From an uncultured Prevotella sp. (lineage in GTDB: Bacteria; Bacteroidota; Bacteroidia; Bacteroidales; Bacteroidaceae), in contig CABQKA010000002.1 of NCBI GenBank assembly GCA_902464615.1, positions 35,408 through 99,407 of the forward strand: a DNA stretch of 64,000 nucleotides. The letters run 5' to 3'. Shown here one piece after another: positions 9,095-21,456 of this stretch (positions within the stretch are counted from its first letter, which is position 1; each line of letters starts with the position of its first letter). The position numbers were made by a program, and so were the translations under genes. The notes beneath the pieces were generated by a model. The model did no database searches. It had not been told where the DNA came from and saw only the letters and a list, made by a program, of their open reading frames with translations.

Positions 9095-9364
9095 TTACTT
9101 GCGCAGGCCGAGGGCCTTGACAATGCTGCGGTAGCGCTCGATGTCTTTGCGCTTCAGGTAGTTGAGCAGCGCGCGGCGCTGGCCTACCAGCTTTACCAGA
9201 GAGCGTTCGGTCGTATGATCTTTACGGTTGGCTCTCATGTGTTCCGTCAAGTGGGCAATACGGTATGAGAACAAGGCCACCTGGCTCTCGGGGGAACCGG
9301 TGTCAGTGTTGGACGTTCCGTACTTGCCAAAGATCTCTTTCTTCTTTTCAGAATCTAAGTACAT
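9095..9364 (-). CDS. rpsO: 30S ribosomal protein S15
   Basis: DTGSPESQVALFSYRIAHLTEH...KDH...LVGQRRALLNYL; 89 aa. Confidence 0.98.
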   Translation of the reverse strand: MYLDSEKKKEIFGKYGTSNTDTGSPESQVALFSYRIAHLTEHMRANRKDHTTERSLVKLVGQRRALLNYLKRKDIERYRSIVKALGLRK

Positions 9365-9410
9365 GGATGTAATGTTTATGATATGAATAGGTATGCCTGT
9401 AAAGGCGCGG

Positions 9411-9418
9411 CAAAGTTA
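9411..9418 (-). promoter_or_regulatory. sigma-A -7 box for rpsO
   Basis: TAACTTTG on minus strand. Confidence 0.7.
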
Positions 9419-9524
9419 CGTACATTTGTCGAACTGGCCAAGCGCGCGGGCATTTTTGTCGGAAAATCAGCAGATAAGGCGGTTTTGCGGCCGGCGGCGG
9501 GCTGTGTACCGCCTTTTTCCGCTC

Positions 9525-10895
9525 CTAACGGTCCAGCCAGGGCAGAGGGTTGATGGGGGCGGCGCTGTTGCCGTTTTTCTTACGCAGCTGGAAGTGGAGC
9601 ATGGCGTTTCCCGACCCGTCGTTGGCGGGCGTGCCGATGGTCTGGCGGGCTGCCACCTGCTGTCCGCGGCGCACGCTGACGCTGGCCAGGTTGCTGTAGA
9701 CGGAGTAGTAGCTGCCGTGGCGGACGATGACGATGTACGTGCCGCTGATGCTGGCCACGGCGCTCACCTCGCCGTTGAAGACGCAGCGCACCTTGGCGCC
9801 GCGCTTGGCGGTGATGTTGATGCCTTTGTTGTCGAGCTGCACGTCGCGCAGGCCTTCGACGCGGTATTGCCCGTAGCGGCTGGTGATGGCGTAGGAACCG
9901 GTGACGGGGACCGGCAGACGCCCGCGGTTGGCGGCGAAACTGCCGGTGAGCGCGCGGTCGGCTTTCGACTCGGCTTCAAATTTTGGCGTGGTGGCCGTGC
10001 GGCTTGCCGGCTTCCTGCTTTTGCCGCCTTTCTTTCCGCCTGCTGCCGCTCGGCGCTCGGCTTCGGCCTTGCGGCGGCGTTCCTCCTCGGCCTTGCGGGC
10101 CAGTTCGGCTTTGCGGCGGCGCTCGGCGGCGGCTATCTCTTCCTGGATGAGCTTGTCGATGCGGGCGTTGAGGCTGGCGTATTTCTGCCGGGTCTGCTTG
10201 AGCGTGGCCTGCAGCTGGGACTGCTTTTTGTTCAGCTCGTTGACGACGCTCTGGCGCTTCTGCTTCTGTCCTTCGAGGGCGGCGTGCTCCTGCCGCGCGG
10301 CGGCAAGGAGCTGGTCCTTCTCGGCCTTGGCGGCGGCGAGCTGGCGCTCCCGTTCCTTCAGGGCTTTCTCTTTCTGCTGGATGGCTTCCCCCTGTATGCG
10401 GATGTATTTGGAGTATTCGGCGGCGTAGCGCATCCGGCGGTACATCTGCCTGAAGTTCTCCGACATGAGGATGAAGGCCCATTTGTTCTGCAGGAGGCGG
10501 TTGCGGTTCATGTAGAGCAGGGCGCGGCGGTAGCGCTGCTTGCAGGCGGCGAGGTCGCGGCTGAGGTCGGCGATTTGCCGCTGGAGCTTGACAATGTCGC
10601 CGCTGAGGGCGGACACGTCCGACTGCAGGCTGTCGACGAACTGCTGCTGCTCGGTAATCTGCGAGTTGATGAGCGCCAGGTGGTTGAGCTGCGCCTTGAC
10701 GCTTTTTCGGGTGGTGCTGAGCAGTTGTTCGGACTGCGAAATGCGTTGTTGCAGGGCGGTGCGCTCTTTCTTGAGCTGCTGTATGCGCTTGCTGTTTTGC
10801 GCGGGCAGGGCCAGCGCAGCGCAACAGAGTAGCAGCAGGAGCAACGTGCGGAGAATGTTGGTTTTCTTTATGGGCATTTCGTGAGTGGCGGTCAT
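9525..10895 (-). CDS. Murein hydrolase activator EnvC family (coiled coil + M23 domain)
   Basis: Signal peptide, long coiled coil, C-terminal GRLPVPV..NKGINI..IVRHG..LHFQLR; start could be the second Met. Confidence 0.88.
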   Translation of the reverse strand: MTATHEMPIKKTNILRTLLLLLLCCAALALPAQNSKRIQQLKKERTALQQRISQSEQLLSTTRKSVKAQLNHLALINSQITEQQQFVDSLQSDVSALSGDIVKLQRQIADLSRDLAACKQRYRRALLYMNRNRLLQNKWAFILMSENFRQMYRRMRYAAEYSKYIRIQGEAIQQKEKALKERERQLAAAKAEKDQLLAAARQEHAALEGQKQKRQSVVNELNKKQSQLQATLKQTRQKYASLNARIDKLIQEEIAAAERRRKAELARKAEEERRRKAEAERRAAAGGKKGGKSRKPASRTATTPKFEAESKADRALTGSFAANRGRLPVPVTGSYAITSRYGQYRVEGLRDVQLDNKGINITAKRGAKVRCVFNGEVSAVASISGTYIVIVRHGSYYSVYSNLASVSVRRGQQVAARQTIGTPANDGSGNAMLHFQLRKKNGNSAAPINPLPWLDR

Positions 10896-10918
10896 GGAGG
10901 ATATGGTGTGTAGGCGGG

Positions 10919-11752
10919 TCAGTGTCCCGCGAGGCGGCGCAGGATTTCGTCGGCGTCGCGTTGGGTGTATTTGCCGGGCACTTGGCTGCGTGTGTTCCAG
11001 TCAGCGTCGTTGCCGAGCCGGCTTAGCTTCAGGGTGAAGCCCACGTCTTTTCCCGTCCCGTTGACGGCGCAGGCCATCTGCGTGGGGAACGGCTTCCCGC
11101 CGAAGTCGGTGAAGCCGGCATAGGTCCAGCTGAAGTTGCCCGGTTGTCCGTCGCGGCCCGCCACGTAGACGGCCTCGATGCAGCCGTTTTCCTTCCCGGT
11201 GCGGAAGGTGTATTTCAAGCCGGGGGCGTCGGAGAGGGTGAGCAGGGCGTACCCGTCTGCCGAGGAGAGGGCGAAGCGCCCGGCAGCACTGGCAGCGTCG
11301 CGCTGTCCCGGGACGAAAAGCTCGTCCCAGAAGAGGGCTTGCAGGGTGTAGAAATCGAGTCCGGCCTGGCGCAGGAACCCGACGTCGGAGTACGTGGTGC
11401 GGACGTATTGCTTGTTCATCCGGTCGATGATGAGTACGCCTTCGGGGGTGAACTCCATGCGGCCTATCTCCATGCCCAGGAATGTGAGCGAAAGCTGCAC
11501 GACGTCGTCGCGCTTCATGCGGAGTGTGCCGTTGGCCGAAAGGCTGCTGCCTCCGGCGTTAAGGTCCATCTTGATGCGGGCGGTAATGGTCTGGGCCGTC
11601 TGACGGTTGGCGGTGACTTTGCGTACGAGGGACGTGGCGCTGGCGGCGGTGCCGTCGGCAGCCGGGGCGGTTTCGGCCGTCGGCAGCTCGTGCGAGGAGC
11701 GGCAGGCGGCCAGCGTCAGGGCCAGAAGGGGTATGAGCAGTAATTTCTTCAT
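10919..11752 (-). CDS. DUF4292 family lipoprotein
   Basis: Lipobox MKKLLLIPLLALTLAAC; LRMKRDDVVQLS, IDRMNKQY, DFYTLQALFW; dut-TPR-DUF4292-envC gene order. Confidence 0.85.
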   Translation of the reverse strand: MKKLLLIPLLALTLAACRSSHELPTAETAPAADGTAASATSLVRKVTANRQTAQTITARIKMDLNAGGSSLSANGTLRMKRDDVVQLSLTFLGMEIGRMEFTPEGVLIIDRMNKQYVRTTYSDVGFLRQAGLDFYTLQALFWDELFVPGQRDAASAAGRFALSSADGYALLTLSDAPGLKYTFRTGKENGCIEAVYVAGRDGQPGNFSWTYAGFTDFGGKPFPTQMACAVNGTGKDVGFTLKLSRLGNDADWNTRSQVPGKYTQRDADEILRRLAGH

Positions 11753-11784
11753 AAGCGTAGTGTGGAGCGGTCCGGTGTGCGCGG

Positions 11785-13599
11785 TCAGAGCCGGCGGCGT
11801 TTTATTTTCCGGGCCAGTGTGGCGCGTTCGGCCTCGTCGTCGGTGAGCTTGGCGGCCTTTTCCCAAAAGCGGAGCGCTTCGTCGCGCAGGCCGCAGCGGT
11901 AGTAGATGTCGCCGGCATGGTGGAAGAGGCTGGCGTTCTCGGTGGTCTCGTCGGCGTGCTTGAGGGTCTCGTCGATGTAGGTGCGGGCCTGTTCGTAGCG
12001 TTTGAGGCAGAAAAGAATCCAGGCGTAGGTGTCGAGATAGGTCGCGTTGTCCGGCTCGGCCTCGATGGTGCGGCGGCTCATTTTTTCTGCTTTTTCGAGG
12101 TCTTTTCCCTCCAGGGAGAGAAAGTAGGCATAGTTGTTCAGGCAGAGCACGTTGTCTTCGTTGTATTCCAAAGCCTTTTCGTAAGCGGCGTAAGCCTCCG
12201 GCAAGCGTCCGGCTTCGTGGTAGGTGTCGCCCAGGGCGGCATAGAGGTCGGAGGCGATTTCGACGTCCGTGTCCTCGTTGATGTGCGCCGTCCCGCGTAG
12301 CAGGGCGTCGACGGCTTCGTCGTAATGCCCCAACTGTGTCAGTCCCATGCCCTCGTAGTAGTAGTAGATGAGCTGCGTCGGGTCGTAGAGTATGCTTTCG
12401 CGGCAGAGGTCTACGGCCCCGGCTATGTCTTCCTTGCGCAGGAGGATGTTGAGCAGTTGCAGGCGGGCGCGGAGGTAGTCCGGCTCTATTTCGAGGATGC
12501 GGCGCATGACGGGGGCGAGGCTGTCGGGCGGGAGTTGTATGGACACCATGTAGTAGGCGCACAGCTCGGCCAGTGAGCGGTCTTCCTGCGGCTGGCTGAG
12601 GGCGCGGCGGAACAGGCTGAGCACCTGCGTGCTGTCGCCGCCATGGGCCTGGACGTCTGCGATGTAGCCGCGCATGGCTTCCACTTTCGCCTCGGCCTGT
12701 GTGCGGGGGTTGAGCACGACGTCTTTGACGGTGGCGATGTAGAGGGAGTCTTTTCCCTCTGCCTTGTAGTAAGCGAGAAGGGAAATCTGCGCGTAGCTGT
12801 TGTCCGGCTCTTTGGCCAGGACCTCACGGTATATGGCCAGCGCCTTGTCGGGATGTCCGTTTTGCTGGTAAAGGTCTCCGAGCAGGACGCGGTAGCGCAG
12901 GTCGGCGGGGTATTCCGCACAGAGGTCCTCTATGGCGTCGTAGGCCTTCTCGTCATCGTTCATCATCGTGTATATCCTGAATTTCTCCAGGCTGTAGGCC
13001 TCTGTCTTTCCTTCCAGTTGCTCAAGGCGGTCAATGGTACGGACGGCACCCTGGAAGTCTGCGGCTTCTTCTTGCAGGCCGATGAGGGCAATCAGCCTTT
13101 CGGCGCTGGGCGACTTGGCCGCCATTTCCTCGTAGAGGGCTATGGCTTCGGCGTAGTCGCCGGAGCGGGCCAGGTGGTTGGCCAGCAGTTCTTTGTATTG
13201 CAGGTTTTCCGGGTCGAGCTGTACGGCGCGGCGCAGCAGCGAGTCGCCTTCGGCTCGGGCCAGCGTGTCGGCCGTTCCGGCGAAGGACAGGCGCAGCAGC
13301 CCCATCTCGTAGAGGGCTTCTGGCGCGTCGGGGCAGAGGCGGAGCGCCGCGCGGAGCAGTTCGTATTCCGCGTCGTAGGCTTCTTTTTCCTTCTGACGTA
13401 TGGCCTCGAGGTAGTATTCGTTGAACCTGCGTTGCCGTTCGGCGGCGGTCTGGTCAGCCGTCGCGGCAGTGGGCGGAATACTGTCCGCCGCTACGGGGGC
13501 AGCGGCGGAGGTGTCCGGGAGCAGGGTCGCGAGGGCCAGCAGGTGTGCCAGAAAGAGGAGCAGACGGCAACGTGAGGCTGTGGTAAATGTTCGTATCAT
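11785..13599 (-). CDS. Tetratricopeptide repeat protein
   Basis: Multiple TPRs, LNNYAYFLS...[12 protein letters not shown] overlap with dut. Confidence 0.88.
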   Translation of the reverse strand: MIRTFTTASRCRLLLFLAHLLALATLLPDTSAAAPVAADSIPPTAATADQTAAERQRRFNEYYLEAIRQKEKEAYDAEYELLRAALRLCPDAPEALYEMGLLRLSFAGTADTLARAEGDSLLRRAVQLDPENLQYKELLANHLARSGDYAEAIALYEEMAAKSPSAERLIALIGLQEEAADFQGAVRTIDRLEQLEGKTEAYSLEKFRIYTMMNDDEKAYDAIEDLCAEYPADLRYRVLLGDLYQQNGHPDKALAIYREVLAKEPDNSYAQISLLAYYKAEGKDSLYIATVKDVVLNPRTQAEAKVEAMRGYIADVQAHGGDSTQVLSLFRRALSQPQEDRSLAELCAYYMVSIQLPPDSLAPVMRRILEIEPDYLRARLQLLNILLRKEDIAGAVDLCRESILYDPTQLIYYYYEGMGLTQLGHYDEAVDALLRGTAHINEDTDVEIASDLYAALGDTYHEAGRLPEAYAAYEKALEYNEDNVLCLNNYAYFLSLEGKDLEKAEKMSRRTIEAEPDNATYLDTYAWILFCLKRYEQARTYIDETLKHADETTENASLFHHAGDIYYRCGLRDEALRFWEKAAKLTDDEAERATLARKIKRRRL

Positions 13600-14027
13600 A
13601 GGCCTGTGTGGCCGAAGCCGCCAGTGCCGCGTGCCGTCTCGTCGAGACTTTCCGCGACTTTCCATGTGACATGTTCGTGACGCGCCACGACGAGCTGTGC
13701 AATGCGGTCGCCGTCGTGGACGGTGAAATCCTCTTGTGAGAGGTTCACCAGAATTACGCCTATTTCGCCGCGGTAGTCCGCGTCGATGGTGCCCGGGGCG
13801 TTGAGCAACCCGATGCCGTGCTTTAGGGCCAGGCCCGAGCGCGGGCGCACCTGTGCCTCATATCCTGGCGGCAGGGCTATGGATAAGCCCGTGGGGACCA
13901 GGCGGCGCTCCAACGGACGCAGCACGAGCGGGGCGTCGAGGCTGGCGCGCAGGTCCATTCCCGCGCTGAGCGGCGTGGCGTAGGCGGGCAGCGCGTGCCG
14001 GGAGCGGTTGACGATTTCTATTTCCAT
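13596..14027 (-). CDS. dut: dUTP diphosphatase
   Basis: [40 protein letters not shown]. Confidence 0.97.
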   Translation of the reverse strand: MEIEIVNRSRHALPAYATPLSAGMDLRASLDAPLVLRPLERRLVPTGLSIALPPGYEAQVRPRSGLALKHGIGLLNAPGTIDADYRGEIGVILVNLSQEDFTVHDGDRIAQLVVARHEHVTWKVAESLDETARGTGGFGHTGL

Positions 14028-14063
14028 AATGTAGGGTGGATTCCGAGCATTGGTTTTGACTGA

Positions 14064-14143
14064 CAAAAGTAAGCAATTCCCCCGAACCCCGTCCTACTTT
14101 CCATGAAAAAAGCGGCGCCGGGCCGCTTTTTTTGTTAAATTTG
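14064..14143. promoter_or_regulatory. Divergent sigma-A promoters for dut (-) and dgt (+)
   Basis: TACTTTTG on minus at 14064-14071; TAAATTTG on plus at 14136-14143. Confidence 0.65.
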
Positions 14144-14201
14144 CACGCTGTGCCGCCGTGGTGCCGCTGTCCGGCGTGCGGCGTGCACGCCAATTGTTTT
14201 T

Positions 14202-15554
14202 ATGATGGATTGGACCAGACTGATTTCTTATAAAAGGTTCGGCAAGGAAAACGCCCACCGTAACCGTGCCGAGCGGCGGACGGAGTTCCAGCGCGATTTC
14301 GACCGCCTGATTTTCTCCGCCCCTTTCCGCCGTATGCAGAACAAGACCCAGGTGTTCCCTCTCCCGGGCAGTATTTTCGTGCATAACCGTCTGACGCACA
14401 GCCTTGAGGTCTCCAGCGTGGGGCGCTCTTTGGGCACCGACGTGGCCCGCGAGCTGCAGGCTGTCCATCCGGAACTGTCGGCGGCGGACTTGGGTGCGAT
14501 GGGAGCTATCGTGTCGGCGGCGTGCCTGGCCCACGACATGGGCAATCCGCCTTTCGGCCACAGCGGCGAGCGCGCCATCCGCAGTTTCTTCCGCGAGGGC
14601 CGCGGCGCGCGACTCAAGGATTACGTCTCGCCCGACGGTGAACGGCTGTCGGGCGGAGAGTGGGCGGACCTGACACACTTTGACGGCAACGCCAATACCT
14701 TCCGCCTACTGACCCATCAGTTTGCCGGCCGGCGCCGTGGCGGTTTCGTCATGACGTATTCCGCACTGGCCGCCGTTGTGAAGTATCCGTTCTCCTCCTC
14801 TTTGGCCGGCGACGGCAGCAAGTTCGGCTTTTTTGAAAGCGAGCGCGAGAGCTACCGCCGCATTGCCGTCGAGCTGGGCATTCCTTTGGAGGAAGAGGAC
14901 GGCGCGCTGCGCGGTCTGCGTTACCCGCTGGTCTATCTGGTCGAAGCCGCCGACGACATCTGTTACCAGATCATGGATATTGAGGACGCTTTCAAGTTGC
15001 GCCTTCTTTCCGACGAGGAGACCCGCGACCTTTTCCTGAACTTTTTCGACGAGGAGACTACGGCGCAGCTCCGCGAGGCGTATCCCGACAGCACCGACAC
15101 GAGCGACCACATCGCTTACTACCGTTCGTGCGCCATCAACGCCCTTGAGCAGGCCTGTGTCCGCATATTCGTGGAGCGCGAGGCCGACATCCTCGCCGGC
15201 CGTTTCGAGGGGTCGCTCATCGACCACCTCCCGCCCACGCTCCTTGCCGCCTACCGCCGCTGCGAGTCCGTAGCCCGCAGCCGTATCTATTCCTGCAAGG
15301 AGGTGACGGACATAGACCTGGCGGGCTATCGCATCATTTACACCCTGCTCGACCTCATGACCGACGCCGTCCTCGAGCCCGAGCGCACATACAGCCGGCT
15401 GCTCCTCCGGCAAGTGTCGGGGCAGTATGAACTGCACGCACCGCGTCTGGCGGACCGCATCATGGCCGTGCTGGACTATCTTTCGGGCATGACAGACGTC
15501 TATGCTCTCGACCTTTACAGGAAAATCAACGGGCACTCCTTGCCGAGCATCTGA
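14202..15554 (+). CDS. dgt: Deoxyguanosinetriphosphate triphosphohydrolase
   Basis: RMQNKTQVF, HNRLTHSLEV, AHDMGNPPFGHSGE, EAADDICY, SGMTD. Confidence 0.95.
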   Translation: MMDWTRLISYKRFGKENAHRNRAERRTEFQRDFDRLIFSAPFRRMQNKTQVFPLPGSIFVHNRLTHSLEVSSVGRSLGTDVARELQAVHPELSAADLGAMGAIVSAACLAHDMGNPPFGHSGERAIRSFFREGRGARLKDYVSPDGERLSGGEWADLTHFDGNANTFRLLTHQFAGRRRGGFVMTYSALAAVVKYPFSSSLAGDGSKFGFFESERESYRRIAVELGIPLEEEDGALRGLRYPLVYLVEAADDICYQIMDIEDAFKLRLLSDEETRDLFLNFFDEETTAQLREAYPDSTDTSDHIAYYRSCAINALEQACVRIFVEREADILAGRFEGSLIDHLPPTLLAAYRRCESVARSRIYSCKEVTDIDLAGYRIIYTLLDLMTDAVLEPERTYSRLLLRQVSGQYELHAPRLADRIMAVLDYLSGMTDVYALDLYRKINGHSLPSI

Positions 15555-15574
15555 TTCGGGAAAACTTTCCCGCC

Positions 15575-15634
15575 GCGTCCGTCCGTATCCGCCGCTCTCC
15601 TGGCAGGTGCGGACGGACGCTTTTCTGTTTTTTT
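15575..15634 (+). terminator. Intrinsic terminator of dgt
   Basis: GCGTCCGTCCG / CGGACGGACGC stem followed by TTTTCTGTTTTTTT. Confidence 0.75.
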
Positions 15635-15657
15635 CCCGGGGCTTCAATATTTATTCG

Positions 15658-15665
15658 TACCTTTG
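15658..15665 (+). promoter_or_regulatory. sigma-A -7 box for AspT-family transporter
   Basis: TACCTTTG. Confidence 0.65.
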
Positions 15666-15770
15666 CGGCCAAAATCCCAGTCCGGAAGGTCCGGGCGGCG
15701 GGACGGCTTCCTACCGTGACTCCGTTTTGCCGCAGGGAACATACACCTTAACCTTATTTTCAGCAAAACC

Positions 15771-17444
15771 ATGTTCGGTTGGTTGCGAGAAACGTTTCTG
15801 ACGCCGTCTGACGTGCAGGCGGTCATTGTCATTTGCCTGATTTGCGCGGCAGGTCTGGCTTTGGGAAAATTCCGCATCAAAGGCGTCAGCCTGGGCGTGA
15901 CTTATGTCTTCCTGTTAGGCATCCTGGCCGGGGCGCTCGGGTTGAAGGTCGACCCTAAAATGCTGGGCTATGCGGAGAGCTTCGGCCTCATTCTTTTTGT
16001 CTACATCCTCGGCCTGCAGGTAGGCCCGGGCTTTTTCAGCACATTCCGCAAGGGCGGCATGGACCTGAACCTGCTGTCCATCGGCGTCGTCCTGTTGGGA
16101 ACGGTCATGACGCTGGTCATCGTCTGGGCGGGCTGGGCCCCGCTGCCCGACATGATGGGCGTGCTCTGCGGCGCTACGACCAACACGCCCGCCCTCGGTG
16201 CGGCGCAGCAGACGTTCAAGCAGCTGGGCGACGCGGCGGCCAGTTCCACGGCCGCGCTCGGCTGCGCCGTGACCTATCCTATCGGCCTCGTGGGCGTCAT
16301 CCTTGCCCTGGCCGCGATGAAAGGATGGCTCAGCCGCAAAGAGCATTCGACCGAAAGCGACGGGAGCGAGGACCAGGCCTTCATCGCCTCGTTTGTCATC
16401 TGCAACCCCGCCATTTTCCACCAGAAGCTGCGCGATGTGGTCGAGCTGGACGGCGCAGCGAGCAAGTTCGTCGTTTCCCGTCTGTGGCGTTCGGGCAAGG
16501 TGATTCTGCCTAATGCCGAGACCATATTCGAGGAGGGAGACCGCGTCTTGGTCATCACTACTCCGAAATACCTGCGCCAGCTTACCGTCTTTTTCGGCCA
16601 GCGCGACGGGACCGACTGGAACCGGAAAAACATCGACTGGAACGCGCTCGACTCGAAGCTCGTTTCCGAGCGCATCGTCATCACCCGTCAGGAAATCAAC
16701 GGGAAGCATCTGGGCGACCTTCACCTGCGCACCCGCTACGGCATCAACGTAAGCCGCGTGCAGCGGTCGGGCATCCAGCTCGTCGCCACACACGACCTGG
16801 TGCTGCGCCTCGGCGACCGTGTCACCGTTATCGGCACGGCGGAAAGCGTAAAGCGCGTGGCACAGGAGATGGGCAATACGGTCCGGCTGCTCGACGAGCC
16901 CAACATGGTGACCATCTTCGTGGGCATCGTGCTGGGCCTGCTGCTCGGCTGCCTGCCCCTGAGCGTGGGGCTGAGCACTCCGGTGCGCCTCGGCCTGGCG
17001 GGCGGGCCCATCGTGATGGGCATACTCATCGGCGCCTACGGACCGCGTTTCCACATGGTGGCCTACACCACCACGAGCGCCAACCTGATGCTCCGTTCGC
17101 TCGGGCTGTCCATGTATCTGGCCTGCCTCGGGCTCGACGCCGGGCAGGACTTCCTGGCCACGGTCATGCAACCGGCCGCGCTGGCCTGGATAGGCTTCAG
17201 CTTTGTCCTGACACTGGTGCCCGTTGTCGTGATGGGCATCGTCGCCGTGCGCCTGGACAACCGCACGTTCGCCACTACGGCGGGAATGCTCTGCGGCGCA
17301 ATGGCCAACCCGATAGCCCTGAACTACGTGAACGACACGTTGCCGGGCGACAAGGCCGCCGTGGCTTATGCCACGGTCTACCCGCTGGCCATGTTCCTGC
17401 GCGTCATCATCGCCCAGGTATTCGTCATGGTCTGGTGCGGCTGA
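15771..17444 (+). CDS. AspT/YidE/YbjL family antiporter with two TrkA-C domains
   Basis: GLQVGPGFF, GATTNTPALGAAQ, GLAGGP, GAMANP, YATVYPLAMFLR. Confidence 0.92.
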   Translation: MFGWLRETFLTPSDVQAVIVICLICAAGLALGKFRIKGVSLGVTYVFLLGILAGALGLKVDPKMLGYAESFGLILFVYILGLQVGPGFFSTFRKGGMDLNLLSIGVVLLGTVMTLVIVWAGWAPLPDMMGVLCGATTNTPALGAAQQTFKQLGDAAASSTAALGCAVTYPIGLVGVILALAAMKGWLSRKEHSTESDGSEDQAFIASFVICNPAIFHQKLRDVVELDGAASKFVVSRLWRSGKVILPNAETIFEEGDRVLVITTPKYLRQLTVFFGQRDGTDWNRKNIDWNALDSKLVSERIVITRQEINGKHLGDLHLRTRYGINVSRVQRSGIQLVATHDLVLRLGDRVTVIGTAESVKRVAQEMGNTVRLLDEPNMVTIFVGIVLGLLLGCLPLSVGLSTPVRLGLAGGPIVMGILIGAYGPRFHMVAYTTTSANLMLRSLGLSMYLACLGLDAGQDFLATVMQPAALAWIGFSFVLTLVPVVVMGIVAVRLDNRTFATTAGMLCGAMANPIALNYVNDTLPGDKAAVAYATVYPLAMFLRVIIAQVFVMVWCG

Positions 17445-17479
17445 CGGCGCCCCGCCCTCCCCTGCCCCGCGCGGTGCGG

Positions 17480-17538
17480 ACGGGCCTTAGCCTCGTTTCC
17501 ACGGGGCTAAGGCCCGTCTCTTTTTCCCTAAGGCCCGT
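17480..17538. repeat. 21-bp-period palindromic array, locus C (3 units)
   Basis: Cores at 17486, 17507, 17528. Confidence 0.9.
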
Positions 17539-17639
17539 GCGCCGGCGGTCCTGCTCCCGAAAAAGCGGCCCGCCCCGCGTCGCGGCTTTGCGCGGCGCAG
17601 GGCGGGCTATGTGGCGGCTGTTCCGTGCGGGGACGGCGC

Positions 17640-18542
17640 TTATCTGAATACCTGCTCCATGGGGCGGCCTATCCAGGCTTGCGGTGTTTCCAGACCGAAG
17701 ATGTAGGCAATCGTGGCCGCCGTGTCGTACTGCATCATCATTTCCTTGAACGGCCCGCCCTGGCGCACGTTCTTCCCGGCTATGACGAAGGGTATTTCCA
17801 TCTCGGCGAGCGACTTGCCGCCGTGGGTCTTTCCCGTGCCGCCGTGGTCGGAGGTGAGCATGAAGATGGTGTCGTCGTAGATGCCGGCGCGGCGCGTGGC
17901 TTCGATGATGCGCCCCACGTAGCTGTCCAGGCGCTCCAGCGTCTCGTAGTAGGCCGGGGTGTCGTGTCCGTCGGCGTGGCCCGTGTGGTCCAGCTGGTCG
18001 AAGCATACGGCTACGAAGGCGGGCTGTTCTTTCACGATATACGCTTCGGCCATGCGGCAAAGCTCGTCGGGCTGGCTTTCGTAGCGGAACGCCTGTGCGC
18101 AGTGGCCCACGGCGGCCGAGTCGACGAGATACTTGATGCCCTCCCACTCGAAGAGGCAACCCGTCTCGGCCTGCGGTTCCTGCTCGTGGAGGAGCGAGTA
18201 AATGGTGGGGAAGACGCCGCGCTCGTTGACGACGGCCGAGGGAATCTCCGGCGTGCGCGAACCCCACTCCGTGTAGCCGTGGATTTCTGTCCCGGCGCCG
18301 TTGAACATGGAGGCCCAGTTGATGGCCGACGAGGAAGGCAACACGCTCCGCTTTTTCAGCGTGTAGCAGCCCTGTTCCATGAGCGAGCGGATGTGGGGGA
18401 TGTTTTCGGCCTTGGGCACGGAGTAGGCGCCCCAACCGTCGAGGGCGATGAGCACTACGTGTTTCGCTTTCCAGCGCGCGGCCTGCATGCTGGCGGACAG
18501 GCTGCCGAAGAGCAGCCCGACGAGTAAGAGGATACGGATCAT
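17640..18542 (-). CDS. Alkaline phosphatase / nucleotide pyrophosphatase family protein
   Basis: Signal peptide; VVLIALDGWG, PSSSAINWAS, DHTGH, TSDHGG; own -7 box TACATTTG at 18583-18590. Confidence 0.88.
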   Translation of the reverse strand: MIRILLLVGLLFGSLSASMQAARWKAKHVVLIALDGWGAYSVPKAENIPHIRSLMEQGCYTLKKRSVLPSSSAINWASMFNGAGTEIHGYTEWGSRTPEIPSAVVNERGVFPTIYSLLHEQEPQAETGCLFEWEGIKYLVDSAAVGHCAQAFRYESQPDELCRMAEAYIVKEQPAFVAVCFDQLDHTGHADGHDTPAYYETLERLDSYVGRIIEATRRAGIYDDTIFMLTSDHGGTGKTHGGKSLAEMEIPFVIAGKNVRQGGPFKEMMMQYDTAATIAYIFGLETPQAWIGRPMEQVFR

Positions 18543-18681
18543 AGTTTTTGAGTGAATAGGTGGTTAAAGGTTTGTCACGGGACAAATGTAGGAAAAATTC
18601 CGCTTCCGGCCGTGCCAGGGGACTGTGTTTTTGTGTGCAGTATCCGGCACATCCGGGACGGGGACGTGCAGGCGTCGGCCC

Positions 18682-21288
<2,607 letters not shown>

Positions 21289-21317
21289 GTGCGGGTCTGT
21301 GGTGAGGTGATGGTTTT

Positions 21318-21376
21318 ACGGGGCTAAGGCCAGTCGCTTCTGGGCTAAGGCCCGTCGGCGCGGGGCTTAGCCTCGT
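21318..21376. repeat. 21-bp-period palindromic array, locus D (3 units)
   Basis: Cores at 21324, 21345, 21366; ends about 30 bp from the mutS ATG. Confidence 0.9.
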
Positions 21377-21456
21377 GAAAGCGGCGCCCCGCCGTTTCGT
21401 CGGGGAAACGTGCGGGGCGTGCCGTGCGGCGGCCGGCGGCCGGTGGCCGCCCGGAG

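Noticed and set aside
9365..9410. S15 autoregulatory leader
   Set aside because: Only a 4-bp hairpin is visible; cannot be supported without a covariance model
14202..15554. dGTPase as an anti-phage defence gene
   Set aside because: Housekeeping context (divergent from dut-TPR-DUF4292-envC) and host-like composition
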